Virus record (IMG/VR): IMGVR_UViG_3300030330_001640
Coordinates: 3,123-67,122 of that record
Direction: 5' to 3' (one strand)
Origin: a virus
Taxonomy: Duplodnaviria; Caudoviricetes
Length of the DNA: 64,000 bases
This document shows positions 35,443 through 46,316 of this stretch, piece by piece (the first letter of the stretch is position 1; each line of letters begins with the position of its first letter). Under the pieces are notes generated by a model. That model searched no databases. It saw only the letters and a list, made by a program, of their open reading frames with translations, and was not told where the DNA came from. Position numbers and translations under genes: made by a program.

Positions 35443-38400
35443 ATGGGTAAAATATATAGACTATCTAATGGTGGCCTTGTCACTGTAATGGTAGATGATG
35501 AAACTAATTTTTTTAATATATTAAAGGAAAGAAATTTAACAGCTGAGCTGGTAAATGATCCTAATACAGAATATGATAATGTACCTTCATATAAAGTATC
35601 GCTTTCTTCAAATGATACACAAGAAGATCCTACTGTAGAAGTAGAACAAAAAACAACTTTAAATCAAGAAATATCTACAATCAACAAAGTCGTTGAAATA
35701 ATTCCAAAAGAACAAGTAAAAGATTATGTAATAGGCGAGGGTTTAGATTTTGCTAAATCAACACCTAATGAAATACTAACATATCAAAATGCTAAAGATT
35801 ATTTTAATCAAAGATCTGAAGTAATGTCATACTTTAATTCAGATGATTATAAAGAACTTGACACAATGGACAAAGTTGTAAATAACTCAATGACAAAAAA
35901 TAGTGGTTATTTATCATTAGATATATATGGTCCTGTAAGCACTTGGGATGAAAATGCTACCATGCGTAATAAGGAAGTTAGAGATAAAATATTCGCTGGA
36001 ACACACGGTTATAATCCATATGAAGATAAACTATACAAATTACAAGATCCAGTTGAGGTAGATCTTGGCGCTAAAACGTATGCCTTAAAGCAACAAACAA
36101 GTTATCAAACTTTTAATAGTTTCATGGAAAGTCTTGAGAACCCAAAAAAATATCCAGAATATGTAGATGAAACCGGTAAGGTAATAAGTATGGAGCCATC
36201 AACTAAAACAAGTGATATGTTTCCTGATAGTGGTATATCCGAAGACGCTGGTATGGTTGCTTATAATACACCACCTATTTTAGATGTAAATGCTTTAAGT
36301 AAATACGAAAAAGATTTTGTTGATACTTTTGGTCCAATTTATTATTCTTATGGATTTAATATGGAACAGGCTAAAGGCTTTCATTTAATTAAAAGTTGGG
36401 ATCAACAAGCTGTTAAGGTAACCGCAATGAACGGTAAGTCAATAACTATAGATGTTGATGTTAAGGGTGATACCGCTAAAGAGCAATTAAAAATATTTAT
36501 GGATTTTGTTAACGCAAATACTCATAGTAAAGGTGGTGAGGATATGCTAGGTGAAATGTTTTATGAAGAAACTAAACCTACAGAAGAACAAATACATAAT
36601 ATAGAGACAAATTTTACCGTTGCTAATGAGATAATAGACAAAATGAGAATAGCGTTTAATATGCCTGACGCTACAGATGCTGAAATAATAAATATATACA
36701 ATGATTTTTCTAGATATAGAGAAAATGAAATTGGTGATATTACTAAACATAGCGATGCATATCATAGTGATCTTGATATTAGGTTTGAAGGATCAAACAT
36801 TAACTGGTCTTTAGAGAAAGTTAAATATTTTCAAGATGCCTTGGCTAACGAATTAGGTGAAAACTATACTGATTTTATTAGTGAATATATTGGTGCTTTA
36901 AATCATATAGTAAGTTACGAAAAAGATTTTTATGAAGGTGAAAACGGGGTTATATTAGAAGCGTTTTTACAAGACAGCAAAGCTGTTAGTGAATTTGTTA
37001 AAGGTGAAGGGGTTTACATGAGCGATTTTTACAAAGATAAACCTAAAGAATTTTTTACTAAACACGCTATGGGGCAAACGCTTTGGAAGGAATTACTTGA
37101 ATCAGAGTATTACAAAACTTGGCGTAAAAATTGGATAAAGCAAAATAAAAATAACTACGATCAAACTGTAGATATTAATTCTAAAAAGCTTTATAGATTT
37201 AATGAAACTATAGATATAATACAAAAGAACGCATCTGAGCACGTAGAATTTTTTTCTTCTAATGCTTTCGATAGATCTGAATTACAAGAAGTTGTATACA
37301 AGGACATGGTCTTAGATATAAAAAATGTTGAGAAAGAAATAGCCGAATCACTTGTTGAGATTGATTTTCTAACAGAAACTATGGACGATCTGTATTCAAC
37401 ACAGATAGCTATGGAAGAAGAATTAATATCTATGGGTATTAATCAATATGACGTTTTAGAAGATATAGCTGAAAAATATAACATAACAAGTCAAGAAGAT
37501 TTTTTGTCTAATGAAAATGCAATGGCTGAGTTTAGAGAGTATGAAAAAAAATACTCTGATTTATATAATGAATATGAAATTTTAATAACTCAGACTATAC
37601 CAGCTAATAATAAATTACTTTACGAAAAATACGATGTTATAGACACCAGCGCATGGAAAGCTGAAGAAATGAAATTGATGATGGATGTGTTAGGTAGAAA
37701 CAGCGAGTGGGGAACTTACTATAGTACAATAGGTGGTATAGCTATTATGGAAACTGTAATAGGTGGTACCGCAGCGCTTGTTAGTTCTGTCACAGACGCA
37801 TATCTTGAACTAGGTGAATACCACCCTGCTATGCAAATGGTTCTTGAAGATTTAAATAGTTGGGGTGATAGCTTAGGAACTGAGGTAAAGAAACGAGCAG
37901 AGTATGGTCGTAGTACGCTTGCTTTACCTACTCAATGGGGTGATATAACTGGCGTTTCATCAGCTATGGATTATTTAGTTACAAACACGCTTCAAACGGC
38001 GCCAATACTAATTTTAGCAAGCGCGTCAGGTGGTTATGCTTTACCAGTTATGGGTGTATACTCTGGTAGTCAGAAGTACGATAACATGAGAAGATCTAGA
38101 AATCTTTTTGAAGATACAGCCGGTATGTTTGGGCAAGATTTTACATTAGGTGAAATGTTATTAAACTCTGTTGTTACTGGTACAGCGGAAGGTTTAACTG
38201 AAAAAATAACCTTTGGTCAGTGGAGAAAGTTAGGTTATTTTGCTAATAATCCAGCGGCTAAGTTAGGTTTTGAAAAGGCTCTTCGTAAAAGTATCTATAC
38301 TCCAAAAAAAATGGCTCAATTTGTAGCTTATAATGGTAAACAATTTACTGAAGAAGGTGTCTCTGAGATGATAGCAGATTTTTCTAGTAATACTATGGAT

Positions 38401-41400
38401 GTGTGGACTGGTGTTGAAGGCGCTAATTACTGGGAAGGTATAGATGAGTCTTTCGTAAATGGTTTCTTTTTATCTACATTAATGCACATGCCTGCTATAG
38501 CTAATCAAGCTGTTATACAACCTTTTACTAAATCTGATACAAATCAAAGATTAGGAGAAATAGCTGAAAAATTAGCTGAGCTTAAATCGTACAAAGGTAA
38601 ATCATACGAAGAGTTAACTGATAAAGAAAAAGAAGAAGTTGATAAGCAGGTTGCTGAATTAGGCTTGCAAGCAGAAGAGTTATTAACTAGAGAATTATTT
38701 AAGGTAGATTTACTTACCAATGAACAAAAACAAAGATTACTAGAAATAAATAGATTAGATTTAGAAGCTCGTAAATCATACGAGATAATAATGGCTGATA
38801 GAAGTATAAAATCTGAAGATAAAATAAAAAGATTAACTGAGATAGAACAAGGTATAGAATCAAGAAGAGGTGAAAAGGATAAAATACTAGCTACAGTTAA
38901 TCCAGAAGCTGCTGAGAAAAAGTATAAAGAAAGCATGCAAAACATTAAAGATCAAGCTGATCTTGCTAACGAAATGGGTGGAGTTGAAGTAGAATTATAC
39001 GAACAAACTGATGAGCAATTTCAAGAAGATCAATCTAAAGATGAACAAAATAAATCTGCTGATGAAGTAGCAGATATAACCGCAGAATCAGAGGCTACAA
39101 TCGTTACGTTAACTGAGTCGATTGAAGAATCTGACAAAAATATAAAAGAATCTAAAGATAAAATTACTGAGACAAGAAAAGAAATAAAAGATATAAAGAA
39201 CGATAAGAAAAAAAATGACAATCAGAAGCTGAAAGAAATTGATAAAAAGAAAAAAGAGATTGACAAGGAAAAGAAAAAAATAATAAACGAAAGTAAGAAT
39301 AAAAAAGATGCTGAAAATTTAATAAGAGATAAAGGCGTACTACAAACAAACGTAAAAGTTGGGGCAAGTATTTTAAAAGATAATCCTTATGGTAGAATGA
39401 GACCTATATACGATAAAAACGGTAATCTTACTAAACTTAAACTATATGTCAATAAAGATAAGTCTATTGCTGATGGCATGTGGACTACAGGTGCTCATGA
39501 AATGATCCACGCTGTTTTTGCTAATACTATAAAATCAGATCCAGCCATGAGATTAAAACTTGGTGGAGCAATGGCCAAGATACTTAAAGGTAAAAATATA
39601 GAATTTAAAACAATGTCTGCTGCTGATATGTTTAATAAAAGGGTGGCTCAGTATAGTATCGATAAACAAGGTGAAGAAGCTTTAGCTATAGCTTCTGAAA
39701 TGTTAATAAAAGGAGATATAATACTAAAAGAAAGTACGTTAGGTAAGTTAGGTAGTATATTTAGAAGATGGTCTATGGATAGATATGGTACGACTTTTAA
39801 TTTTAATAACTCAAATGATATATTAAATTTTATAAAAGACTATCATTATTCTATTAAAAATAATAAACCAAGTAAAGCTATAGCAAAAATGTTAGCTAAA
39901 GGAGCTAATGGTAAAATGTTTGAAGGCGCTAAAACACCGCAAGATAGATCTAATTTAGACATGCATAGCGCTGTAGTTGGTAAATCTATAGAATCAGATC
40001 CTGATTTAAGACCGTTTTTTGATGATGTGGTTAAAGATAAAGGTGGGAAAGTTAAACATAGAAATCATGAAGATTTTAAAGCTTCCCCAGAATATATAGA
40101 AGGTTATGAAAAAATAGTTGATACTAATAAATTAAATGGTATAATACAAGCAGGCATGACAGAAAGAGGTTTACCTCCAGATGCGTTAAAAGATTTTACT
40201 AGAAAAGTTAAAGAAGAATTAGGTATAAGATACTTAAAAAATTATAATGTAGACAAAAACGACAGTTTATTCGGTTGGTTAACAGGTGTAGCAGGTGGAC
40301 AAGGCCAATCAATAATATATAGAGCGAAAGGCGATGTGATGAATGAGTACAAAAAACAAGTACCTAAGACATCTATAGATAAACCTATAAGTGAGTCTGG
40401 CACAGTAGCTGACGTAATACAAGCGGAAAAAGATGTGTTAATAGATAAAATTGAAAACGCAGACATGTCACCTGAATTATTACAAGAGTCTGTTCAAGAT
40501 GTTAATGACTTAATAATGGTAATGGATATGCTTGGTTTTTCAAATAATGTTAAGCAAGCTGTAAAAGATATTGTTAAAAGATCTAATATTAATTTGGATA
40601 ACTTAACTTATAAAGGTGTAAGAGATTTATTACTATCTGTTCAAAGTAAAGCTACTACTGAAAAAAATGTTGTACCTACAGGACCTTTGTTTGAAATATT
40701 AAATGCTATATCAGCTGAGTTTGGAGTTGATCCCCTTAGAATATTAGCTAAACAAGATTTAAATGCTGAACAAAGAAAAGCAGCACAAGAATATATATAT
40801 AATAAATCTACCAACGATGATGGTTCTTTTAATACAAGTTTGCTAGATATATTACCTGAAGGCCAAGACAGAGATGGTAGAGCCACTGGTGTTGCTAATA
40901 CTAAATTAGGGGAGTTCTATACTAAAGGCGATAGACTTAAGGTAAGGGAAGGCGCTAAAAAAGGTTTAGGCCAAAAGTTCGCTCAAAATAAAAGAACTAA
41001 CGTAACTAGAGAGCAGTTATTAGGTTTGTTTGGTATAAATACTGATGGTACTTTTCAACCTGGTACTAAAGCAGATGGAGCTATTAGAGAGCTAATAGTT
41101 CAAGTATCTCAATTAGCAGCTAATCAAGAAATAAGATTAGATGCTGTAGAAAATAGAGTAGAAGCAGCTAGTAATATAGCTAGATTAAAAGATGGCACTT
41201 CTTTAACTATGTACTCAAACCCTCCTAAAATTAATACTAAACAAAAAGTCGAGTTGGCAAAACAACTTTTCGATAAAAATTCAAATGTTTATGCTGAAAA
41301 TATACCAACAATACGTATTCAAACATTAACGCACATTTTAAAGTATGGTGATGATATAAAAAAGCTACAAGAGAAAAGACAGAGAATTATATATTACGAC

Positions 41401-44400
41401 GCTCCATCACCACTTAACCCGGATATAACAATGGGTGAACAGTTGAAACTTGATGTAGATGACTTCTTAAAACAGTATCCACAATATTACGATCAATTAA
41501 GAAATACAATGACTGGTGGAATAGGGATAAGTACTTTCTTTTCTGTAGAAAACTTTGAAAAAATGTTTCCTAGAGAAAAGTATGAACTTGGCGGATTATT
41601 TGCACAACAATCGCTTCCAAGAAATAGTTATACTTTTAAAAGCGATACAAAAACTGGTAAAAAAAGAAGATTTAATCCAAAGACTTTAAATAAAAAAGAT
41701 GACTCTAAACAAAGGTTAGATATACTTTACAACTTTGCTAAAGCAATGGAGGGTTACGTAAAAACAAATAAAAATCCTAAACCAGGGAATATTTACTTAT
41801 TCTCATTAATGGCATCTGATACTGTTAATAATCAGAATGGTGCTATAACTAGAATATTATCTCCATTTAGTTTTTATACTATAATGAAAAATGGTCAGCC
41901 AGATACAACTAATATAATGACAGAAGAGCACGCTGGTCCACAAAAGAGTATAATGGATATGTTAGTTAACGCAGCTAGAGTAGGTAAAGTTGATACAGTT
42001 TGGCCTATAGTTGAAGCTGTATTTGCACAAGGAACTTTATTAGATGTAATTGATAAAAGATTAAAAGACGTTAAAAATAGAGATGGTAAAAATCTTCAAG
42101 AAAATTTACCAGATATATTTTGGGATAGCATAGCAGAAAGAGTACTTGATGGTAAACTAGATGATCTACCACAAGGCTCTATAGCTATGGTTAGATATTT
42201 TGTGGCTGGTAAAGAGTTAAATATAGACATAATAAATACCATAAAATGGAAAAACGGTAAAACACTAGCCGAAATATTTGGGGTTAAAGTAGATGGTGAG
42301 ATATCACCAACTATATTTCAAGCTCAATATGACTTAGTATTAGATTATTTATCAGGTAATATAACTAAAGAAAAATTAGCTGAAGCTGTTAATAAGTTAA
42401 ACATAGAAGGTATAAACTATGTTGATGCTGTTAAAGAAGCACGCGATGTTAAAACAGGAGTACTTACATTGAATAACAATATGTACGATAGCTATAGTAA
42501 ACCTGTTAAAGTTAGAGGTATGTCTACATTTGATTTTGATGACACGTTAGCTAGAACTAAATCAGGTGTTAGGTACACAATGCCAAATAATACTGGTGAG
42601 CCAGCGCCTGGCAGAAAAGTTATATTCTTAGCTGGTAGTGCTGGTAGCGGTAAATCAAATGTTGTTAAGCAGTTAGGTTTACAAGAAAAAGGTTTTAAAA
42701 TAGTAAACCAAGATATAGCTTTAGAGTGGTTAACTAAAAATAGTGGACTACCTACAGATATGAGAGACTTTACACCTGAGCAAGCTAGTAAATGGGGAGA
42801 ATTACAATGGGAGGCTAGAGATATAGCACAACGTAAAGCTATTAAATTTAGAGGTAGAGGAGATGGTGTTGTGGTAGATGGCACAGGGGCAAGTACTGTT
42901 TCTTTATTTACACAAGCTCAAAAATATAAAGACGCGGGATATGATGTTAAAATGTTGTTTGTAGAAAGTTCTTTAGATACAGCTTTAGCTAGAAATAAAG
43001 CTAGAAAAGAAAGATCGTTAAAAGATTTTATAGTTGAACGTAACTGGAAAGCTGTACAAAAAAATAAAAAAGCTTTTAAAGAAGAGTTTGGTAATAATTT
43101 TACAGAAGTAAATACTGATAACTTAAAACAAGGTGATGCTATGCCTAACAACGTTGTCGTAGCTATAGATAACTTTACTAGTGGTTACATAAAAGGTAGA
43201 TTAACAGCAGAAGAATTTGCTAGCAAGGGTGGAGATTTATTAGATCAAGGCGCTTCATTTGATTTTTCTGAATTTAATAAAGTTGTAGATGGCACGCCAG
43301 GTCCTTTACTTGATAAAGCTAGAAACAGAGCTAAGAAGTTTGGTACAAAAGATATGTTTGTTTTAACGGCTAGACCTCAACAATCTGCTTTTGCTATACA
43401 ACAGTTTTTAAAAGGACAAGGTTTAGATATACCAATAGAAAACATAACTGGTTTAGCTAATAGTTCTGGTAATGCTAAAGCACAGTGGATGTTAGATAAG
43501 TTTGCTGAAGGATATAACGACATGTACTTTGTAGACGATGCTCTACAAAATGTTGAAGCTGTAAAAGCCGTACTAGATCAATTAGATATTAAATCTAAAG
43601 TAGTTCAAGCTAAATTAAAAGATCAAGGTAAGTTAGTAGAACCAGGTAATAATACTATGTATAGCAAAGTAGTTAATCCTGATAACATTAATATAGATAA
43701 AGAGTTTAATAATATTCTTGAGGTTAAAAAAGGTGTTGATGCTAATAAAAGGTTTTCATCTGCAGAAGCTAGAAAAAGAGGGGCTAAATTTAGATTAAGA
43801 CTTTACATACCACCATCAGCAGAAGACTTTAAAGGTTTATTATATTATTTCTTACCTAAAGGTAAAGAAGGTGAAAAGGCTTTAAAGTTTTTCGAAAAAA
43901 CATTATTAAAACCTTTTGCAAGAGGTATTAGAGCTTGGAACTCGTACAAACAAAATATGGTTAACGAGTATAACGATTTAAGAAAAAAATTTCCAGATGT
44001 AACTAAAGTTTTAAATGATAGAGTACCTGGAACTAGTTTTACAAATGATACCGCTATAAGAGTTTATTTGTGGACAAAAGCAGGATTTGATATTCCAGGT
44101 ATATCAAAAGCATTACAAAAAAGATTAGTAACTCACGTTAATGGAAACCCTAATTTAAAAGCGTTTGCTGATGGCTTATCAAAAGTTACTCGTAGAAAAG
44201 ATGGTTATCTTCCGCCAAATAAAAATTGGATGATGGAAGCTATACCCACTGATTTAAGAAATCTTGTAGACAAAGTAGGTAGAAAAGAGTTTTTACAAGA
44301 GTGGATTAATAATAAAGAAGAAATATTTTCTCAAGAAAATATTAATAAAATAGAAGCCTTGTATGGCTCAGACTTTAAATCAGCTTTATTAGATATACTA

Positions 44401-46011
44401 TTCCGTATGGAAAATGGTGGTAATAGAAAGCAAGGAAAAAGTAAATTAGTTAATAATCTTACTGATTGGATAAACGGGTCTATAGGTGCTATTATGTTCT
44501 TTAATATGAGATCTGCTTTATTACAAACACTATCAACTGTTAACTTTATAAACTGGAGTGATAACAATATGTTCAAAGCAGCAGCAGCATTTGCTAATCA
44601 AAAACAGTTTTGGCAAGACTTTGTAATGTTATTTAATTCACCAATGTTAAAACAAAGAAGAAAAGGTTTGCAAACAGATGTATCAGCAGCAGAATTAACA
44701 AAGTCATTTAAAGAAAGAGGGTATAGTCCAACTACAGTTATTAGTTATTTATTACAAAAAGGTTTTTTACCTACGCAAATAGCAGATAGTTTTGCTATTG
44801 CTTTTGGTGGCGCTAGTTTTTATAGAAATAGATATAACAAATATATTAAACAAGGTATGTCTGCTAAAGAAGCTCATGATAAAACTATGTTAGAGTTTCA
44901 AGAGATAGCTGAAGAAACTCAACAGTCATCAAGAGAAGATTTAGTATCACCACAACAAGCTGGACCATTAGGTAGGTTAATATTGGCTTTTCAAAATGTT
45001 ACAATGCAGTATGGTAGGTTGACTAAGAAAGCCTTGTCTGATACTGTTAATGGTAGAGGTGATATGAAAACTAATGTGTCAAAGTTAATATACTATGGTA
45101 TGGTGCAGAATGTAATATTCGCTGCACTACAGTCTGCTTTAGCATTTATAATGTGGGGCGACGATGAGGAAGAGATAAAAGATCAAACAACTAGAACAGC
45201 TAATAGTGTATTAGATTCTTTCTTACGTGGTACTGGAATATATGGAGCTATAGTTTCTACAATTAAAAATACTATAATACAATGGGATTTACAAAGCAAT
45301 AAAGATTATGGTAAAGCTAGACCCGAAAAAATACTATTAGAAATAGTTAATATATCCCCGCCAATAGGTAGTAAGCTTAGAAAAGTAATGAACGCTTATT
45401 ATGCTGAAGAATTTAATAGAGGTTTATCAGATGAGTTGGGATTAAGATTAGAAAATCCAACAATAAAAAAGTGGGCTAGTCTTGTAGAAGCTGCTACTAA
45501 TATACCTTTAGCTAGATTACTTAATAAAGCTAATAACTTAGAAGAAGCGATAACTGGTAATCATGAACTGTGGAAAAGAATAGCTATGTTTGCTGGTTGG
45601 AGTATGTGGAATATAGGCGTTGAAGATGAAGAAGTAGTAGCTGCTAAAGAAAGTCTAGCTGAGAAAAAAGAAATTGAAAAAGAAAAAGAAAAGGAAGAAA
45701 AGAAAATAGAGAAAGAAAAAGAAAAAGAAGAAAAGAAAAAAGCAGAAGAAGAAGAGAAGAAAAGAAAAGGTATTAAAACTGTAAGATGTTCTGGTATAAG
45801 ATCTAATGGTGAAAGATGTAAGTTAACAACTGAAACAGCTGAAAAGAAATATCTGTGCCCACATCACATGGAATTTACAGATGGTATGGACAGAGATGGC
45901 GATGGTATTAAAGAATATAGATGTACTTTTATTAAGAAAAACGGAGAACAGTGTAAGATGAAAGGTGAGTACGGAAAAGAAAAAAGATGTTATCATCATG
46001 TAGACAAGTAA
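35443..46011 (+). CDS. giant (3522 aa) multidomain ejection protein with metallopeptidase, HAD phosphatase, P-loop kinase and C-terminal zinc fingers
   Basis: HEMIH at 39496; DFDDT at 42532; GSAGSGKS at 42634; LTAR and FVDD HAD motifs; two C-x9-C..C-x2-H repeats. Confidence 0.75.
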   Translation: MGKIYRLSNGGLVTVMVDDETNFFNILKERNLTAELVNDPNTEYDNVPSYKVSLSSNDTQEDPTVEVEQKTTLNQEISTINKVVEIIPKEQVKDYVIGEGLDFAKSTPNEILTYQNAKDYFNQRSEVMSYFNSDDYKELDTMDKVVNNSMTKNSGYLSLDIYGPVSTWDENATMRNKEVRDKIFAGTHGYNPYEDKLYKLQDPVEVDLGAKTYALKQQTSYQTFNSFMESLENPKKYPEYVDETGKVISMEPSTKTSDMFPDSGISEDAGMVAYNTPPILDVNALSKYEKDFVDTFGPIYYSYGFNMEQAKGFHLIKSWDQQAVKVTAMNGKSITIDVDVKGDTAKEQLKIFMDFVNANTHSKGGEDMLGEMFYEETKPTEEQIHNIETNFTVANEIIDKMRIAFNMPDATDAEIINIYNDFSRYRENEIGDITKHSDAYHSDLDIRFEGSNINWSLEKVKYFQDALANELGENYTDFISEYIGALNHIVSYEKDFYEGENGVILEAFLQDSKAVSEFVKGEGVYMSDFYKDKPKEFFTKHAMGQTLWKELLESEYYKTWRKNWIKQNKNNYDQTVDINSKKLYRFNETIDIIQKNASEHVEFFSSNAFDRSELQEVVYKDMVLDIKNVEKEIAESLVEIDFLTETMDDLYSTQIAMEEELISMGINQYDVLEDIAEKYNITSQEDFLSNENAMAEFREYEKKYSDLYNEYEILITQTIPANNKLLYEKYDVIDTSAWKAEEMKLMMDVLGRNSEWGTYYSTIGGIAIMETVIGGTAALVSSVTDAYLELGEYHPAMQMVLEDLNSWGDSLGTEVKKRAEYGRSTLALPTQWGDITGVSSAMDYLVTNTLQTAPILILASASGGYALPVMGVYSGSQKYDNMRRSRNLFEDTAGMFGQDFTLGEMLLNSVVTGTAEGLTEKITFGQWRKLGYFANNPAAKLGFEKALRKSIYTPKKMAQFVAYNGKQFTEEGVSEMIADFSSNTMDVWTGVEGANYWEGIDESFVNGFFLSTLMHMPAIANQAVIQPFTKSDTNQRLGEIAEKLAELKSYKGKSYEELTDKEKEEVDKQVAELGLQAEELLTRELFKVDLLTNEQKQRLLEINRLDLEARKSYEIIMADRSIKSEDKIKRLTEIEQGIESRRGEKDKILATVNPEAAEKKYKESMQNIKDQADLANEMGGVEVELYEQTDEQFQEDQSKDEQNKSADEVADITAESEATIVTLTESIEESDKNIKESKDKITETRKEIKDIKNDKKKNDNQKLKEIDKKKKEIDKEKKKIINESKNKKDAENLIRDKGVLQTNVKVGASILKDNPYGRMRPIYDKNGNLTKLKLYVNKDKSIADGMWTTGAHEMIHAVFANTIKSDPAMRLKLGGAMAKILKGKNIEFKTMSAADMFNKRVAQYSIDKQGEEALAIASEMLIKGDIILKESTLGKLGSIFRRWSMDRYGTTFNFNNSNDILNFIKDYHYSIKNNKPSKAIAKMLAKGANGKMFEGAKTPQDRSNLDMHSAVVGKSIESDPDLRPFFDDVVKDKGGKVKHRNHEDFKASPEYIEGYEKIVDTNKLNGIIQAGMTERGLPPDALKDFTRKVKEELGIRYLKNYNVDKNDSLFGWLTGVAGGQGQSIIYRAKGDVMNEYKKQVPKTSIDKPISESGTVADVIQAEKDVLIDKIENADMSPELLQESVQDVNDLIMVMDMLGFSNNVKQAVKDIVKRSNINLDNLTYKGVRDLLLSVQSKATTEKNVVPTGPLFEILNAISAEFGVDPLRILAKQDLNAEQRKAAQEYIYNKSTNDDGSFNTSLLDILPEGQDRDGRATGVANTKLGEFYTKGDRLKVREGAKKGLGQKFAQNKRTNVTREQLLGLFGINTDGTFQPGTKADGAIRELIVQVSQLAANQEIRLDAVENRVEAASNIARLKDGTSLTMYSNPPKINTKQKVELAKQLFDKNSNVYAENIPTIRIQTLTHILKYGDDIKKLQEKRQRIIYYDAPSPLNPDITMGEQLKLDVDDFLKQYPQYYDQLRNTMTGGIGISTFFSVENFEKMFPREKYELGGLFAQQSLPRNSYTFKSDTKTGKKRRFNPKTLNKKDDSKQRLDILYNFAKAMEGYVKTNKNPKPGNIYLFSLMASDTVNNQNGAITRILSPFSFYTIMKNGQPDTTNIMTEEHAGPQKSIMDMLVNAARVGKVDTVWPIVEAVFAQGTLLDVIDKRLKDVKNRDGKNLQENLPDIFWDSIAERVLDGKLDDLPQGSIAMVRYFVAGKELNIDIINTIKWKNGKTLAEIFGVKVDGEISPTIFQAQYDLVLDYLSGNITKEKLAEAVNKLNIEGINYVDAVKEARDVKTGVLTLNNNMYDSYSKPVKVRGMSTFDFDDTLARTKSGVRYTMPNNTGEPAPGRKVIFLAGSAGSGKSNVVKQLGLQEKGFKIVNQDIALEWLTKNSGLPTDMRDFTPEQASKWGELQWEARDIAQRKAIKFRGRGDGVVVDGTGASTVSLFTQAQKYKDAGYDVKMLFVESSLDTALARNKARKERSLKDFIVERNWKAVQKNKKAFKEEFGNNFTEVNTDNLKQGDAMPNNVVVAIDNFTSGYIKGRLTAEEFASKGGDLLDQGASFDFSEFNKVVDGTPGPLLDKARNRAKKFGTKDMFVLTARPQQSAFAIQQFLKGQGLDIPIENITGLANSSGNAKAQWMLDKFAEGYNDMYFVDDALQNVEAVKAVLDQLDIKSKVVQAKLKDQGKLVEPGNNTMYSKVVNPDNINIDKEFNNILEVKKGVDANKRFSSAEARKRGAKFRLRLYIPPSAEDFKGLLYYFLPKGKEGEKALKFFEKTLLKPFARGIRAWNSYKQNMVNEYNDLRKKFPDVTKVLNDRVPGTSFTNDTAIRVYLWTKAGFDIPGISKALQKRLVTHVNGNPNLKAFADGLSKVTRRKDGYLPPNKNWMMEAIPTDLRNLVDKVGRKEFLQEWINNKEEIFSQENINKIEALYGSDFKSALLDILFRMENGGNRKQGKSKLVNNLTDWINGSIGAIMFFNMRSALLQTLSTVNFINWSDNNMFKAAAAFANQKQFWQDFVMLFNSPMLKQRRKGLQTDVSAAELTKSFKERGYSPTTVISYLLQKGFLPTQIADSFAIAFGGASFYRNRYNKYIKQGMSAKEAHDKTMLEFQEIAEETQQSSREDLVSPQQAGPLGRLILAFQNVTMQYGRLTKKALSDTVNGRGDMKTNVSKLIYYGMVQNVIFAALQSALAFIMWGDDEEEIKDQTTRTANSVLDSFLRGTGIYGAIVSTIKNTIIQWDLQSNKDYGKARPEKILLEIVNISPPIGSKLRKVMNAYYAEEFNRGLSDELGLRLENPTIKKWASLVEAATNIPLARLLNKANNLEEAITGNHELWKRIAMFAGWSMWNIGVEDEEVVAAKESLAEKKEIEKEKEKEEKKIEKEKEKEEKKKAEEEEKKRKGIKTVRCSGIRSNGERCKLTTETAEKKYLCPHHMEFTDGMDRDGDGIKEYRCTFIKKNGEQCKMKGEYGKEKRCYHHVDK

Positions 46012-46026
46012 TTATACATGTAATTA
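45998..46026 (+). promoter_or_regulatory. class II promoter-like motif
   Basis: ATGTAGA-N14-TGTAATTA at the end of the giant gene. Confidence 0.5.
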
Positions 46027-46052
46027 TATTAGAGAATCAATAAATTAAAAAT

Positions 46053-46238
46053 ATGATAAATTGGATAAATTCTTGGAAATCAAGTAACAAAAAAAATAAA
46101 ATAGACTTTACTTTTAGATTTGGATGGTTAACAATATGGGAGATAAAATGGTGTGCCGCTTGTAAAAGCGAAGACACTTGTTGTAAAAATAAGTTTAGAT
46201 TAATGTTACTAAACTTTGGATTTGAAATAGGACTATAA
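46053..46238 (+). CDS. small hypothetical protein
   Basis: ORF track; first gene after a class II motif. Confidence 0.6.
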   Translation: MINWINSWKSSNKKNKIDFTFRFGWLTIWEIKWCAACKSEDTCCKNKFRLMLLNFGFEIGL

Positions 46239-46315
46239 TGTGTCCTTGTCCAATATGTACAACAGCTGCTATTGTTGGTTTAATAATATTTAAAGTAGCA
46301 GTAAAAAGAAAATAA
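46238..46315 (+). CDS. 25-aa CxCxxC membrane peptide, not in ORF track
   Basis: MCPCPICTTAAIVGLIIFKVAVKRK; TAATG coupling upstream, 1-bp gap downstream. Confidence 0.45.
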   Translation: MCPCPICTTAAIVGLIIFKVAVKRK

Positions 46316-46316
46316 A

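Noticed and set aside
35443-46011. crAss-like virion RNA polymerase in the giant protein
   Set aside because: DFDDT has HAD context (LTAR, FVDD downstream), and DRDGD lies in a terminal linker between zinc fingers; no RNAP-type DxDxD in a double-psi barrel context was seen
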